Positions 19,745 to 29,859 of a DNA stretch of 64,000 bases are shown here, in pieces. A model generated the notes under the pieces. It saw only the letters and a list, made by a program, of their open reading frames with translations, ran no database searches and was not told the origin of the DNA. The stretch covers positions 992,001 through 1,056,000 of the forward strand of contig CBDBLO010000002.1 in NCBI GenBank assembly GCA_965207075.1. Direction: 5' to 3'. Origin of the DNA: Nitrosopumilus sp. GTDB taxonomy: Archaea; Thermoproteota; Nitrososphaeria; Nitrososphaerales; Nitrosopumilaceae. Numbering within the stretch: the stretch's first letter is position 1; every line of letters begins with the position of its first letter. Made by a program: the position numbers and the translations under genes.

Positions 19745-20215
19745 CTAGAACCTGCTCTTCTCTATGGTTATGGTGCCCTTCATCCAAGGATGGGGGGTAC
19801 AATGGTAGGTCACCACCTGCGGCTCGGTGAACAGGAACTCGTACTCGTCACCTGGCATCATCACACCATCTGTGCCAAAGTCGCCGCTGTACGAGTCTGC
19901 ATGCCTGTGGTCCGGCGTGACCGTGTGCGCCGTACTGTCGCTGTTTGTCCATTTGACCAGGTTGTCTATGGTCAGGTATGCGGTGGGGCTGTTTGGTATG
20001 TAGTTGTCGTTGCCTTCGATGAGGGCGCCCTCTACAATGTCGATCACAAGCATCTTCTCGGGATGGAGTATGTGTTCTGATACGGACGGTTTTGCAAGCG
20101 ATTCCGGCAGGTAGTACGAGGTGTAAAAGACTGTGGTGGCCGACAGCGCGACTATCAGCGCAATCACTCCCACTCCGTACGCGTGGCTTGATGTTGGGGA
20201 TGCCTCTGCGCTCAT
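19745..20215 (-). CDS. Membrane-anchored cupredoxin (plastocyanin/azurin family)
   Basis: N-terminal TM helix, HTVT, type-1 Cu motif YHCTPHPWMKG. Confidence 0.92.
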   Translation of the reverse strand: MSAEASPTSSHAYGVGVIALIVALSATTVFYTSYYLPESLAKPSVSEHILHPEKMLVIDIVEGALIEGNDNYIPNSPTAYLTIDNLVKWTNSDSTAHTVTPDHRHADSYSGDFGTDGVMMPGDEYEFLFTEPQVVTYHCTPHPWMKGTITIEKSRF

Positions 20216-20386
20216 CTACGTATCCAAGGCATCCTGTGAGATATTTTAAGCTTGTTTGCTGCAGGCGTGCGGGCGCCTGCGGTCGGTCCTTTTCTGCCGC
20301 ATCGATCTGCCCGCACCCGCGGCACGGCCTTGCAAGCCCTCATACGCTGCCACACTTAATATGGAATCTGCTCAAATGCTGTTCCA

Positions 20387-21022
20387 GTGAACGACGAGAT
20401 CAACGTGGGGGGAAACATACAGGGAACGGTCGTAATGTCGCCAACCCCGTCCTCCGCGTCGCCGTTGCCGCGTCCGTGCATTACGGATGCGCAGGCGGTG
20501 CACGAGCTGGTTGAGAAGGGGTTTGGCTGGACTGACAGGCAAAACGGCGGTGGTGATGACGATGCCGATGCCCGGCTGTTTCTTGAATCCTTTGAGGCCC
20601 TGTATCTGATGCACACGGACCGGCTGACACTCTTCCGCTCAAAGAGGCCCTTGACGTTTGAGGCGTTTCTGAGCATGTGCCGCAGGCATGACCCTGACGT
20701 ATTGACGCGCTTTCTCATATACCGGGATCTGCGCTCCCGCGGCTACGTGGCAAAGGACGGGTTCGGGTTCGGCGCCGATTTTCGCGTGTATGAGCGTGGG
20801 CATTTCGGGCAAAAGGGCTCCAAGATTCTTATCTTCGGGCTTGTCGAGGGCAGGCCGGAAAAGATGGTGCATTTGCAAAAAAAGATACGCGAGATAACCA
20901 AGATGGGGAAGGAGCCCATAATGGCAGTCGTGGACAGGCACGGCGAGATCATATATTATCGCATCGGCACGGTCGAGTTTAGGGAGAACAAGGGCCGCGT
21001 TTTACAAGACTTGCTGCGCTGA
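20387..21022 (+). CDS. endA: tRNA-intron endonuclease subunit
   Basis: EALYL and YRDLRSRGY..KDGFGFGADFRVY motifs. Confidence 0.88.
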   Translation: MNDEINVGGNIQGTVVMSPTPSSASPLPRPCITDAQAVHELVEKGFGWTDRQNGGGDDDADARLFLESFEALYLMHTDRLTLFRSKRPLTFEAFLSMCRRHDPDVLTRFLIYRDLRSRGYVAKDGFGFGADFRVYERGHFGQKGSKILIFGLVEGRPEKMVHLQKKIREITKMGKEPIMAVVDRHGEIIYYRIGTVEFRENKGRVLQDLLR

Positions 21023-21036
21023 CGCCCCTGTACCGG

Positions 21037-21067
21037 TCACTCACTCACTCACTCACTCACTCACTCA
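21037..21067. repeat. (TCAC)n microsatellite, about 7.75 units
   Basis: Seen directly between convergent genes. Confidence 0.9.
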
Positions 21068-21717
21068 TGCATGAGCCATTCTTTCCAGTATTTCAGGTAG
21101 CCATTTTTCGCCGCGTACTCAAAGCCGTGCACGTCTATGTGCTTGACCCTGTTGCGCCAGAGCCTCTCAAATATCTGCATCTTGCGCTTTACCCTTGTGG
21201 CATCGCCCCACGACGTAAAGACCTCTATCGACTCGAACTCCTTCTTATTTATGTCAAAGGAACTCTTTGCCGTGCTTACGTAAGCTATCACGTGGCCGTG
21301 ACTGTCCCTGTATATGCCAAGCTTTTCGGAGAACTTGTCGCTGATCTTTATGTCATTTGAGATGCCTATCTTGAGCTCTATTTGGCCCCTTTCAAAGGCC
21401 CTGCGCACGAGCCGTAGCTTTTCGTCTTTTATGTTCCTCTTCTCAAACGGGTTCCTTGACTTTGAGAGCAGCACTGTAAGGAGATCCAGATCAGCCGGCC
21501 TGAACCTGTGCCCCGCCATCAGCCTCATCTTTGCGGCGCCCTGCCTGAAATTGTCATATACGTCAAATACCGTCTTGAGCATGTCGATTGACAGGTATTC
21601 TATGCACCTGTCGTATTCGACGCACTTGCTAAAGCATGGTATGAAAAAATCCTCGACGAGGTCGTCCTCGTCTGAGCGGTACTCTTCTTTCAGTCCTATG
21701 TCGAGAAATGTAGCCAC
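21061..21717 (-). CDS. Stand-alone PLD-like domain resembling the N-terminus of SF2 helicase/restriction proteins
   Basis: EYRSDEDDLVEDFFIPC..YDR, degenerate HxK (SEKLGI), ESIEVFTSW, FERLW. Confidence 0.65.
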   Translation of the reverse strand: MATFLDIGLKEEYRSDEDDLVEDFFIPCFSKCVEYDRCIEYLSIDMLKTVFDVYDNFRQGAAKMRLMAGHRFRPADLDLLTVLLSKSRNPFEKRNIKDEKLRLVRRAFERGQIELKIGISNDIKISDKFSEKLGIYRDSHGHVIAYVSTAKSSFDINKKEFESIEVFTSWGDATRVKRKMQIFERLWRNRVKHIDVHGFEYAAKNGYLKYWKEWLMHE

Positions 21718-21848
21718 GATATGCAGAAGAAATGTTGTTATTTAAAACGTAATGAGTGCCGCGGGGTTTGCGGCGACGGGGAAGTCGCACTGCACCTGTA
21801 GTCTGGAATGATGGCCGGGCAGGAACCGCTCCCGCGTTCTGGTACGAT

Positions 21849-21926
21849 TGGTGCTCCCATCGGGATTTGAACCCGAGTCACTGCCTTGAGAGGGCAGTAT
21901 GCTTAACCGGACTACACTATGGGAGC
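21849..21926 (-). tRNA. tRNA-Glu(CUC), CCA encoded
   Basis: Reverse complement GCTCCCATAGTGTAG...CTCTCAA...GGTTCAAATCCCGATGGGAGCACCA folds as a cloverleaf. Confidence 0.95.
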
Positions 21927-22035
21927 TAGATTGAAAACTGGAATGTCTCAATTTAAAGGAAATGCTTTTCGGTTGCGACGCGCACTGGGGTGTGGATGCG
22001 TATCTGCTGATCTCTTTATACACGCATGAGGGCAT

Positions 22036-23190
22036 GTGACGCATATGGGATTTGTGGAGGATTTCGTGCGGCGTATGCTAGATGACTTGGGTATGGACTG
22101 CCCAGTCGGACTCGTGGGGTGTCGCGCACTGGGACCGTGTTCGTTTGAGCCCTGCGCGTACGACGTCATGCTGTTTGATGGAAACACGTCCTTGGGTGAT
22201 GCCGTGGTTGAGTGCGACGGTGATGACGATGGTACTGACGCTACCGCTGCCGTCGCTACCGCCGCCTATGGTGGTGGTGATGATGATGGTGGCGGTGGCG
22301 GTGGCGGTGGCGGTGATGGGAACGGCAACGGCGTCCGTGCCGGCCCGCCCACACGCGACAGCAGGCGCAAAAAGCTCGTCATAACAAGGCACGCGTCCCT
22401 CTCCGAGTCCGATTCTGGGCGCCTGCTCCAATATGATGCGATGCGCGTGCTGCATGACCCGTCGTGGGATCTTCGTATGATGCTGCAGAGAATAGAAAAA
22501 AGACGAGGCGCCCTGTACCGAGACCTTGCCAGAAACTCACTCATGCAGTCCATGTTCTGCTGCCAGCGGGCGCAGAGTTCTGACGATGGGACCGGCGATC
22601 GGAACGGCATTCTCGATGTGACCGATGTCCGCATACAACGTGACGGCTCTGGAAGCCCCGACATGTTTGCCCCCTGCTGGCAAAAATGCGCGTCGCTTTA
22701 TCTGGCAGATGCGATATGCGCCCTCAACTGCAAGAGGCCCAGCCCGTCTCACATGCTGGAGGTTATGCGCGGGCTGCCAAAGAGCCCCGTAAACGCGCAC
22801 CTCTCGGTAGTGTCTGACACGATGGGAATTGAACGGGCCACCCCCACGCTTCTTGAGAGGATGACCTCGTCCACCGCAGGCTTTGCCGATCATGAGTGCG
22901 TGGCAGGCGGCACAAAGGGCGGTTTGGGCAGCTCGGCCGCCATATCGAGCAAGCATGACTATTTCATATCGGAATCCATGATGACCGACTGTTACTTTTA
23001 CCTGTGCTATGTGAACAAGGAGAACATGTCGCGCGTGCAGTCCACGCTGCATAGGAATCCCGGACTGTTTCACATCCTGAGGGTCGCCCTTGACGTGGAG
23101 AGAGACGATTCGCTGCTGCAGAAGAACGCGGCCGCGATACAAGAGTCGTGCCGCATGCTGTTAGAGTCGCTGTCCGGCCGCGGCCGATGA
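22036..23190 (+). CDS. Hypothetical protein (possible nucleotidyltransferase-like N-terminus) with Gly/Asp-rich inserts
   Basis: VGLVGCRA..YDVMLFD N-terminus; long ORF. Confidence 0.7.
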   Translation: MTHMGFVEDFVRRMLDDLGMDCPVGLVGCRALGPCSFEPCAYDVMLFDGNTSLGDAVVECDGDDDGTDATAAVATAAYGGGDDDGGGGGGGGGDGNGNGVRAGPPTRDSRRKKLVITRHASLSESDSGRLLQYDAMRVLHDPSWDLRMMLQRIEKRRGALYRDLARNSLMQSMFCCQRAQSSDDGTGDRNGILDVTDVRIQRDGSGSPDMFAPCWQKCASLYLADAICALNCKRPSPSHMLEVMRGLPKSPVNAHLSVVSDTMGIERATPTLLERMTSSTAGFADHECVAGGTKGGLGSSAAISSKHDYFISESMMTDCYFYLCYVNKENMSRVQSTLHRNPGLFHILRVALDVERDDSLLQKNAAAIQESCRMLLESLSGRGR

Positions 23191-23330
23191 TCCTTGCATG
23201 AGCTGAAAGTCCGGCCGCGTCCCCTTGACTGTGTTAGCTTGTATTGCTCCAAACGATAATCATAATTATTATTTTTTGAGTCCAAGTTAATAAACTAAAC
23301 TTTTAAAATGTATTAAGCTGTCTGCACGTC

Positions 23331-23465
23331 ATGTCAGACGCAGCATGCGGTTGTGCCGCGCAAGCGGAAAACAACACAGAATGTGACTGTAATATGCAGA
23401 GCGAATGTTACTGTGATTCAACATGTGATTGCAGTGGTGAACCTTGCACGACCACCGAACACTAG
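23331..23465 (+). CDS. Small Cys-rich metallothionein-like protein (44 aa, 9 Cys; not in ORF track)
   Basis: MSDAACGCAAQAENNTECDCNMQSECYCDSTCDCSGEPCTTTEH*; TTTTAAAA box upstream and T-tract downstream. Confidence 0.85.
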   Translation: MSDAACGCAAQAENNTECDCNMQSECYCDSTCDCSGEPCTTTEH

Positions 23466-23654
23466 ACTCTAATTCCTTTTTTATTTTTCCTGTGCCGTAC
23501 GGCAGTGTGGTCACCCTGCTGGGGCGCCTGCGCGCGTCGTGGCGCCCACGGCCGCGGCCGTATCGCGTTATGGCGCGCTGTCGGCGTGTGGTGCTGATGT
23601 CGCGCCCGCGGCGCATTTTCAGGAATTCTCGGCGCGACACCAAGTTCTGAGCTG

Positions 23655-24059
23655 TCAGTCATTTTGGGATCCGAATGTAATCTTTTTGCTGTTGAGGATC
23701 AGGCTTGCCGACCTTGCAATGGCCTTTTTTGGGCCGCTGCAGCCTGACTTGCCGCAGCCTGAGTCCGGCGGCTCGACGGCGTCCCTGTTGCGCGGTGCGC
23801 GGTACGCCCCCCTTGCAATCTCAGAGAGCAGCGGGCGCAGGGCCGCCCTCCCACCAAAGGCCGTGCCCCCGCTTACGATCCAGAACATCTTGAGCGCGTC
23901 GGCGCCCAGCGCGTCCCTGTACGCTCCCTCGCCTTCCTGCGAGTAGTGTCCGACGGGCCTGAGCCTGCCTCTTGACAGCATGCATGCGCATCTTGCAAAC
24001 GCGGTGCAGAGGGAGCACAGGTTGTCATATATGATGACCGTGCGGGTTTCTGTCTCCAT
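23655..24059 (-). CDS. DCC1/DUF393-like thiol-disulfide oxidoreductase
   Basis: IIYDNLCSLC (DxxCxxC) motif. Confidence 0.8.
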   Translation of the reverse strand: METETRTVIIYDNLCSLCTAFARCACMLSRGRLRPVGHYSQEGEGAYRDALGADALKMFWIVSGGTAFGGRAALRPLLSEIARGAYRAPRNRDAVEPPDSGCGKSGCSGPKKAIARSASLILNSKKITFGSQND

Positions 24060-24136
24060 TAACTGGTATTCGGCCTTGGAACTAATAGATTTTTTGTGGG
24101 CGGGCCGCTGCCGCGTCCGCCACCCCCAGTGACGCG

Positions 24137-24853
24137 TCACTTGAGCATCCTTCCCAGCCGCCTGAACTCCTCAAGCGAGAGCTGCCCCGGGGCCACGGCC
24201 CTGCCGAGCGACACGTACGCGTAAGGGCTTCCCAGCTGCATGCAGAGCACGCGCGTCAGCCTGCCCGCGTCGCCCATTGCAAACGATATGAGGGTCCTCC
24301 TGCCCCCGCCTGCGCCCCTGCTGCCAACCCACCTGTACATCTCGAGCATGCGTATGGACTCGTCTGCATTCCTTGCCATGCATGCGAGCTTGACGCGGTC
24401 CGAGTATCTGAACATCTCCTGCATCCTTCTGCGCAGCGCGTCAGGCGACGGGGTGCGCGCAAAGCTGTGCCACGAGACCAGCAGGCGGGCGCCGCTCGCA
24501 TGCAGCGCCCCTGCCAGCCTCCTGCTCCTCTTGAGCGCGTCGTACTCGACGTCTAGCATGAACGGCCTGTACGCGGCTACCCTGCCGAGCATGTCGTACC
24601 TGGCCCCCTCCTGCCCCTCGTACCTGCCGCCGTCCCGCCTGTTTCGTACGGTGCAGACTATGCGCCTCCTCAAAAGGTCCGGCGGCAGCGAGTCGAGCAG
24701 TCCCTGCACGTCGTCGGGCCTCATATAGTCGAGCCGCGCCTCCGCGTACTCTGATCTCCTGAGCGCCTCCAAGAGCGCCCTGCGCATCGCCGCGGGGCCG
24801 CCCTTTGCCACTGAGACGCACGTGCTGTACCTGTTCTTTTTTGAAGCCATCAC
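24137..24853 (-). CDS. aroD: 3-dehydroquinate dehydratase type I
   Basis: EARLDY, LVSWHSF..TP, VKLA, AMGDAG, APGQ motifs. Confidence 0.92.
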   Translation of the reverse strand: MMASKKNRYSTCVSVAKGGPAAMRRALLEALRRSEYAEARLDYMRPDDVQGLLDSLPPDLLRRRIVCTVRNRRDGGRYEGQEGARYDMLGRVAAYRPFMLDVEYDALKRSRRLAGALHASGARLLVSWHSFARTPSPDALRRRMQEMFRYSDRVKLACMARNADESIRMLEMYRWVGSRGAGGGRRTLISFAMGDAGRLTRVLCMQLGSPYAYVSLGRAVAPGQLSLEEFRRLGRMLK

Positions 24854-25977
24854 TTTTCTAAAATGTACTCGTCGGCGACCTCCATGCCAAAGTGCCTGCC
24901 CGCCGCCCTGCGGGCGTGCACCATCACCTTGTCGCCCACCTTGAGGTGCGTGACGGAGACCAGCCTCCCGCCCGGCTTTACAAACCTGATCGTCTCTGCG
25001 TCCTGCGCTATGATGCCGCCGGCCTCGCCGGCCGCCTCGGCCTTTATCATGAGCATGGGCCTGCGCTCTATCTTTGACCTTCCCACCGCTGCTCTCCTTG
25101 CGTGGCCCTCCGGCGTGAGTATGAGCACCTCTGAGCCCGTCTCTATCTCCGAGAGGTACTTTGTGGTGCCGTCCGGCGACGGGGTATAGCAGTGGACTGC
25201 CCCGGCGTTCACGCGGAACGGCCTCGGCGACGTAAACGACGAGCCGACCGACTCGTTGTGGACCAGGAACATAAAGTTTGACCGGCTCCCGATAAGCATG
25301 CCCTCGCCCCTCTTGAGCATCGAGGCCGTATCCACGCAGACGCGCTCGCCGTCGCCCACCTCCTTTATCTCGGTTATGGCGGCCGCCTCCATCCCGAAGC
25401 TCCTGCCGCCCATGTAAAGCATGACCTCCCGCACTTGGGATATGGACGACGCGGCGAATATCACGCCGTCCACCCCCACGTCTAGTATGGAGAACATCTT
25501 GCGGACCTCGGCCGGCGTGCGGGCAAGCGCAATTATCCTCGTGCTCATCTTGTGCAGCTTTGCTATGATGTTCTCAAGCGGTATGATCTTCCAGTCCTTT
25601 ACGTCCACTATGACAAAGTCGAGCCTCTTGCTTGCCGCGACACTCAGCACGTCCTCAATGTCCGCGTTCGACGTAATCTTAAAGCGCATGCCGTACCTCT
25701 TGCCGCCCCTTCTCCTTGGCGGCGAGGCAGGCCTTTTCGGGCCGCGGCCTCCGGCAAGCACCACGTAGTCGGCGCCTGCGTCAGCAAACATCGTCTTGAG
25801 GCCGCCCTTCTTCTTTCCCCTCCCGCCTGCGGCAATGCCCGGGTCGGCATATGCCGTCTGCAGGCCCTCTGCCCGCAGCTGCGCTAGGAACTCGCCCAGC
25901 TGTTTTCTGCCCTTCTGCTTGGGCTGTACTATCAGCTCCTTCCCGGACGCCGTCGTCGCGGAACCGTCACTGGCCAA
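24850..25977 (-). CDS. 3-dehydroquinate synthase II
   Basis: WKIIPLENIIA, GERVCVD, RPFRVNAG, GRHFG; TTG start inferred. Confidence 0.92.
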   Translation of the reverse strand: MASDGSATTASGKELIVQPKQKGRKQLGEFLAQLRAEGLQTAYADPGIAAGGRGKKKGGLKTMFADAGADYVVLAGGRGPKRPASPPRRRGGKRYGMRFKITSNADIEDVLSVAASKRLDFVIVDVKDWKIIPLENIIAKLHKMSTRIIALARTPAEVRKMFSILDVGVDGVIFAASSISQVREVMLYMGGRSFGMEAAAITEIKEVGDGERVCVDTASMLKRGEGMLIGSRSNFMFLVHNESVGSSFTSPRPFRVNAGAVHCYTPSPDGTTKYLSEIETGSEVLILTPEGHARRAAVGRSKIERRPMLMIKAEAAGEAGGIIAQDAETIRFVKPGGRLVSVTHLKVGDKVMVHARRAAGRHFGMEVADEYILEK

Positions 25978-26755
25978 GCTTCTTTGCCGCCTCCGTCGCC
26001 TTTGCACCCTTGAATATGACCGCGGCAAGCGCGTCGACCATTCTCTCGGGCGCGCCGTGCGCAAATATGTTCCTGCCGTACGTGACCCCGGCGGCGCCCG
26101 CCCTCATGGCATCCTCCGTCATCTGGAGCAGATCCATGTCCGTCTCCGCCTTTGGACCGCCGGCTATCACTATGGGCACCGGCGTGCTCTTTACTATCTT
26201 TGCAAAGGACTCGGTGTCCCCCGTGTATACGGTCTTTACGATGTCCGCCCCGCACTCGGCCCCGATGCGGGCCGCGTGGGCCACCACGGCCGGGTCGTGC
26301 GGGTCGCTGATGTTCTCGCCCCTCGGATACATCATTGCAAGCAGCGGCATGTTCCACCTGTGGCATGCGGCAGCAGTCATCCCGAGCTGCTCTAGCATCT
26401 CCGGCTCCTCCTTGCCGCCCACGTTGATGTGCAGCGACACGCCGTCTGCGCCCAGCGCGACTGCCTCTTTGACCGTCCCGGTCAGCATCTTGCGGTTCGG
26501 GGACGTGGAGAGCGACGTGCTGCTTGAAAAGTGCACCAGCACCCCTATGCGCGGCACGGGCTCTGGAAGCGCCTTTATGACTCCCTTGTTGACTATGACG
26601 CTGGTTATGCCCCTGTTCTGGCACCTGTATATGACGGAGGCGGGATCCTCAAGCCCCTCTATCGGCCCGTTTGATATCCCATGATCCATGGGTATGCAGA
26701 GCATGCGGCCGCGGCGCATTATCCTGGCCATTCGGAGCTGGACGCCTGTCACCAT
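25967..26755 (-). CDS. 2-amino-3,7-dideoxy-D-threo-hept-6-ulosonate synthase (class I aldolase)
   Basis: PMDHG, MMYPRG, GADIVKT, AGGPK, GRNIF; adjacent to DHQ synthase II. Confidence 0.9.
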   Translation of the reverse strand: MVTGVQLRMARIMRRGRMLCIPMDHGISNGPIEGLEDPASVIYRCQNRGITSVIVNKGVIKALPEPVPRIGVLVHFSSSTSLSTSPNRKMLTGTVKEAVALGADGVSLHINVGGKEEPEMLEQLGMTAAACHRWNMPLLAMMYPRGENISDPHDPAVVAHAARIGAECGADIVKTVYTGDTESFAKIVKSTPVPIVIAGGPKAETDMDLLQMTEDAMRAGAAGVTYGRNIFAHGAPERMVDALAAVIFKGAKATEAAKKLGQ

Positions 26756-27050
26756 CACACCGGCTCCGGGCTTCCCACTTAAAAACAATATAGGTTCCAC
26801 CGCCCTCCCCCCTTCCGCCCCCGCCCCCGCCCCCCAGATCCCACTTTACGACCAGGCGCCTCCCGCTCCTGGCATCGCGTAACGTATGCGCCGCATACGG
26901 CAGGCATCTCGGGGAATCCACCGAGGCGCAAGTCCTCGATTTGCCCGCATCAAAGCCGGCAGCACGAGAGGGGCCAGGAGGCGTCCCGCGCTGCTTGCAA
27001 GCCGCGCGCCATCGTCAAGAATTAAATAGAAAAATCCGTACATCCGGTGC

Positions 27051-28178
27051 ATGGGACCGGTCACTGCGCAGCTGCACCAGAGCGAGATCGGGGACATACT
27101 TGAGAGAGCAGTTGCGGGGCACGCACCTGACAGGCACGACTGCATGCGGCTCTTGAGGTCCGACGACGTCCACCTGATGGGAATGGCGGCCCGGCACCTC
27201 GTGCAGAGGCGCTTTGGGCGCAGGGCCACGTACGTGAACAACATCATACTCAACTACACCAACGTCTGCATAACGGACTGCACGTTTTGCGCCTTTTACA
27301 GGCCGCCCGGGCACGACGAGTCCTACACGCTTGACATCTCGCAGATCAGGGCCAGGGTGAAGACCGCGCACGAGATGTTCGGCATACGCCAGGTTCTCTT
27401 CCAGGGGGGTCACAACCCCAAGCTGGGCATCGAGTACTTTGAGGAGGCGTTCCGCATGATTCGCGACAGCTACCCGGGCGTGGGCGTGCACGCGCTCTCC
27501 CCGTCGGAGATAGACATGGTTGCCCGGGTGGAGCGGTCGTCCACCGCGGAGGTGCTCTCGCGCCTAAAGGAGGCCGGGCTGCAGTCCGTGCCGGGGGCCG
27601 GCGCCGAGATACTGAGCGACGACGTCAAGGACGTCATAAGCCCCAAAAAGATCTCAAGCTCCGACTGGCTGCGCATAATGAGGGAGGCGCACACGCTCGG
27701 GCTGCCGTCGTCGGCCACCATGATGTACGGGCATGCGGAGACCGTGTCTGACATCGCGGACCACTTTTTCGAGATTGCCAAGCTGCAGGAGGAGACGGGC
27801 GGCTTCATGGCGTTCATACCGTGGAACTTTGAGCCCGGCAACACCCCGATGCAGAGGGACGGACTGGTCGACAAGATCGTGACGTCCGAGTTCGGCTCAG
27901 GCGGCGTCCAGCTGCTCAAGATGATTGCGATATCCAGGCTCGTATACGACGCGTCCATACCCCACGTACAGTCGTCCTGGCTTACAAACGGGGTCGGCAT
28001 GGCGCAGCTTGCGCTGCAGTACGGGGCCGACGACTTTGGCGGCACGCTGATAGGCGAGGAGGTGGTGTCCTGCACGGGCGCCCGGTCGACGGAGCTGACC
28101 GGCGACATAATCCGGAACGCGATATCCCAGATGGGGTACGAGGCGGCCGAGCGCGACAACTTTTACAGGGACGTGTGA
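27051..28178 (+). CDS. CofH/MqnC-family radical SAM protein (probably cyclic dehypoxanthine futalosine synthase)
   Basis: NYTNVCITDCTFCAF, QGGHNP, PGAGAEIL, GADDFGGT; next to ubiD-like gene. Confidence 0.85.
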   Translation: MGPVTAQLHQSEIGDILERAVAGHAPDRHDCMRLLRSDDVHLMGMAARHLVQRRFGRRATYVNNIILNYTNVCITDCTFCAFYRPPGHDESYTLDISQIRARVKTAHEMFGIRQVLFQGGHNPKLGIEYFEEAFRMIRDSYPGVGVHALSPSEIDMVARVERSSTAEVLSRLKEAGLQSVPGAGAEILSDDVKDVISPKKISSSDWLRIMREAHTLGLPSSATMMYGHAETVSDIADHFFEIAKLQEETGGFMAFIPWNFEPGNTPMQRDGLVDKIVTSEFGSGGVQLLKMIAISRLVYDASIPHVQSSWLTNGVGMAQLALQYGADDFGGTLIGEEVVSCTGARSTELTGDIIRNAISQMGYEAAERDNFYRDV

Positions 28179-28199
28179 CGCGTCGCGGCGCATACGGCG

Positions 28200-29672
28200 T
28201 CACGGCAGCCCGTACTCTTTCCACCTCTTCTCGACGGTCCTTTTGGTGGCGTCGTCCGTCTCCACGGGCCTCTGGACCTCCCTCAGGTACCCTTCCGCGG
28301 CGGTCTTCTGGGTCGCATCTATCCCCAGCTTTGAGCCCAGGTTCACTATCCTCGCGGCCGGGTCCAGCGTGTCGGTGGGGGCGTCCCTGATTATGGTGGT
28401 GTCATGGGCCGCGTCCGCCCTCGTGGTGACCGCCCATATCACCTGCTCCATGTCGTGCACGTCGATGTCGGCGTCGACCACTATGATCATCTTCGTGAGG
28501 GCAAGCTGCCCCATGCTCCACAGGCCCATCATCACCTTTTTTGCCTGCCCTGGATACCGCTTTGCAATGGATACAATGGCAAGCCCCTGGAACCACCCGG
28601 CCGGCGGCATGGCAAAGTCGACCACCTCGGGGTGGAACATCTGTATGAGCGGCAGGAACGACCTCTCTATGGCCTTTCCGATGTAGGCGTCTTCCAGCAC
28701 GGGCCTGCCCACCACGGTGGCAAGGTATATCGGATCCTTGCGCGCCATCATGCCTGTCATGGTAAACACGGGATACTTCTCGACAGGGGTATAGTATCCG
28801 GTGTGATCCCCGAAGGGGCCCTCGTCTTCCAGCTCCGACGGGTCCACGTGCCCCTCTATCACGATCTCCGCGTTTGCCGGCACGTCGAGGTCTATCGTGC
28901 GGCACTTCACGGTCCTTATCCCCTCGCCCCCGCGCGCTATTCCTGCAAACAGGTACTTGTCCATTCCCTCCGGCACCGGGGCGACTGCCGAGAATATGGT
29001 GGCCGGCTCGCCCCCGATTATGATTGCGGCCGGTATCTTCTGGCCTGCCTCCCTTGAGATGTCGCCGTGCGCGGCCCCCCGCTTGTGCTTTTGCCAGTGT
29101 ATGATGCAGCGCGAGCCGTCGATTATCTGCATGCGGTATACACCGAGGTTTCGCACGCCGGTCTCCGGATGGCGCGTTGCCACCATGCCAAACGTGATGA
29201 ACCTGCCGGCGTCGTGCGGCCACGAGCGCAGTACCGGCATGGAGTCGAACCCGGCGCCCTTGGGCGCGGTCTCTGACACGGGCCCCGACTCTGCAGGCTC
29301 CTTTGGAAACGCGCCCGCCATCTTTGAGAGCTCCGGCAGGCTCTTTATCTTGCCGAGCAGTCCTGATGGAATCCTGATCTTGGACATGTCTGCAATGCGC
29401 CTGCCGATCTCGGTATAGTCTGCAGTACCCAGGGCGATCTCCATCCTCCTTGCGGAACCAAACGCGTTGCCCAGTATCGGCATCTCGTGCCCCTTGACGT
29501 TCTCAAAGAGTATGGCGGGGCCTCCGTCCCTGTCTCCGCCTTCGGGGCCGTATGAGATCCGCCGCAGTATCTCGGCCACCTCCAGGTCGGCATCGACCTC
29601 TGCTGAGACCCGCCTCAGCTCGCCCTCCTCCTCCAGTACGTCTACAAGCTCGCCGAGCCCGTCTATTGGCAT
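28200..29672 (-). CDS. UbiD-family (menaquinone biosynthesis) decarboxylase
   Basis: RNLGVYRMQ, EGPFGDHTGYY, KLGIDAT motifs. Confidence 0.92.
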   Translation of the reverse strand: MPIDGLGELVDVLEEEGELRRVSAEVDADLEVAEILRRISYGPEGGDRDGGPAILFENVKGHEMPILGNAFGSARRMEIALGTADYTEIGRRIADMSKIRIPSGLLGKIKSLPELSKMAGAFPKEPAESGPVSETAPKGAGFDSMPVLRSWPHDAGRFITFGMVATRHPETGVRNLGVYRMQIIDGSRCIIHWQKHKRGAAHGDISREAGQKIPAAIIIGGEPATIFSAVAPVPEGMDKYLFAGIARGGEGIRTVKCRTIDLDVPANAEIVIEGHVDPSELEDEGPFGDHTGYYTPVEKYPVFTMTGMMARKDPIYLATVVGRPVLEDAYIGKAIERSFLPLIQMFHPEVVDFAMPPAGWFQGLAIVSIAKRYPGQAKKVMMGLWSMGQLALTKMIIVVDADIDVHDMEQVIWAVTTRADAAHDTTIIRDAPTDTLDPAARIVNLGSKLGIDATQKTAAEGYLREVQRPVETDDATKRTVEKRWKEYGLP

Positions 29673-29859
29673 GTAACGCCTGCGGCGGCGCGGTATAAGG
29701 ATATGTTGCTTTTTCCTTGATCGTCCTTGCGGGCTGTTTGCGGCTCGGGGGTGGGGCAACGCTGCCGCCGCCGCGCGTCGGCCTTCCACCGGGCCGCGGA
29801 GCTCCGGGCCTCGCAGAGGAAGCGGGCGGATTAGCTATTTTTAACCGTCCCGCCGGGTA

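Noticed and set aside
23331-28178. Cys-rich peptide plus radical SAM gene as a RiPP (ranthipeptide) cluster
   Set aside because: The radical SAM protein is CofH/MqnC-type with no SPASM/RRE features, is separated by shikimate genes, and the peptides lack a leader/core split.
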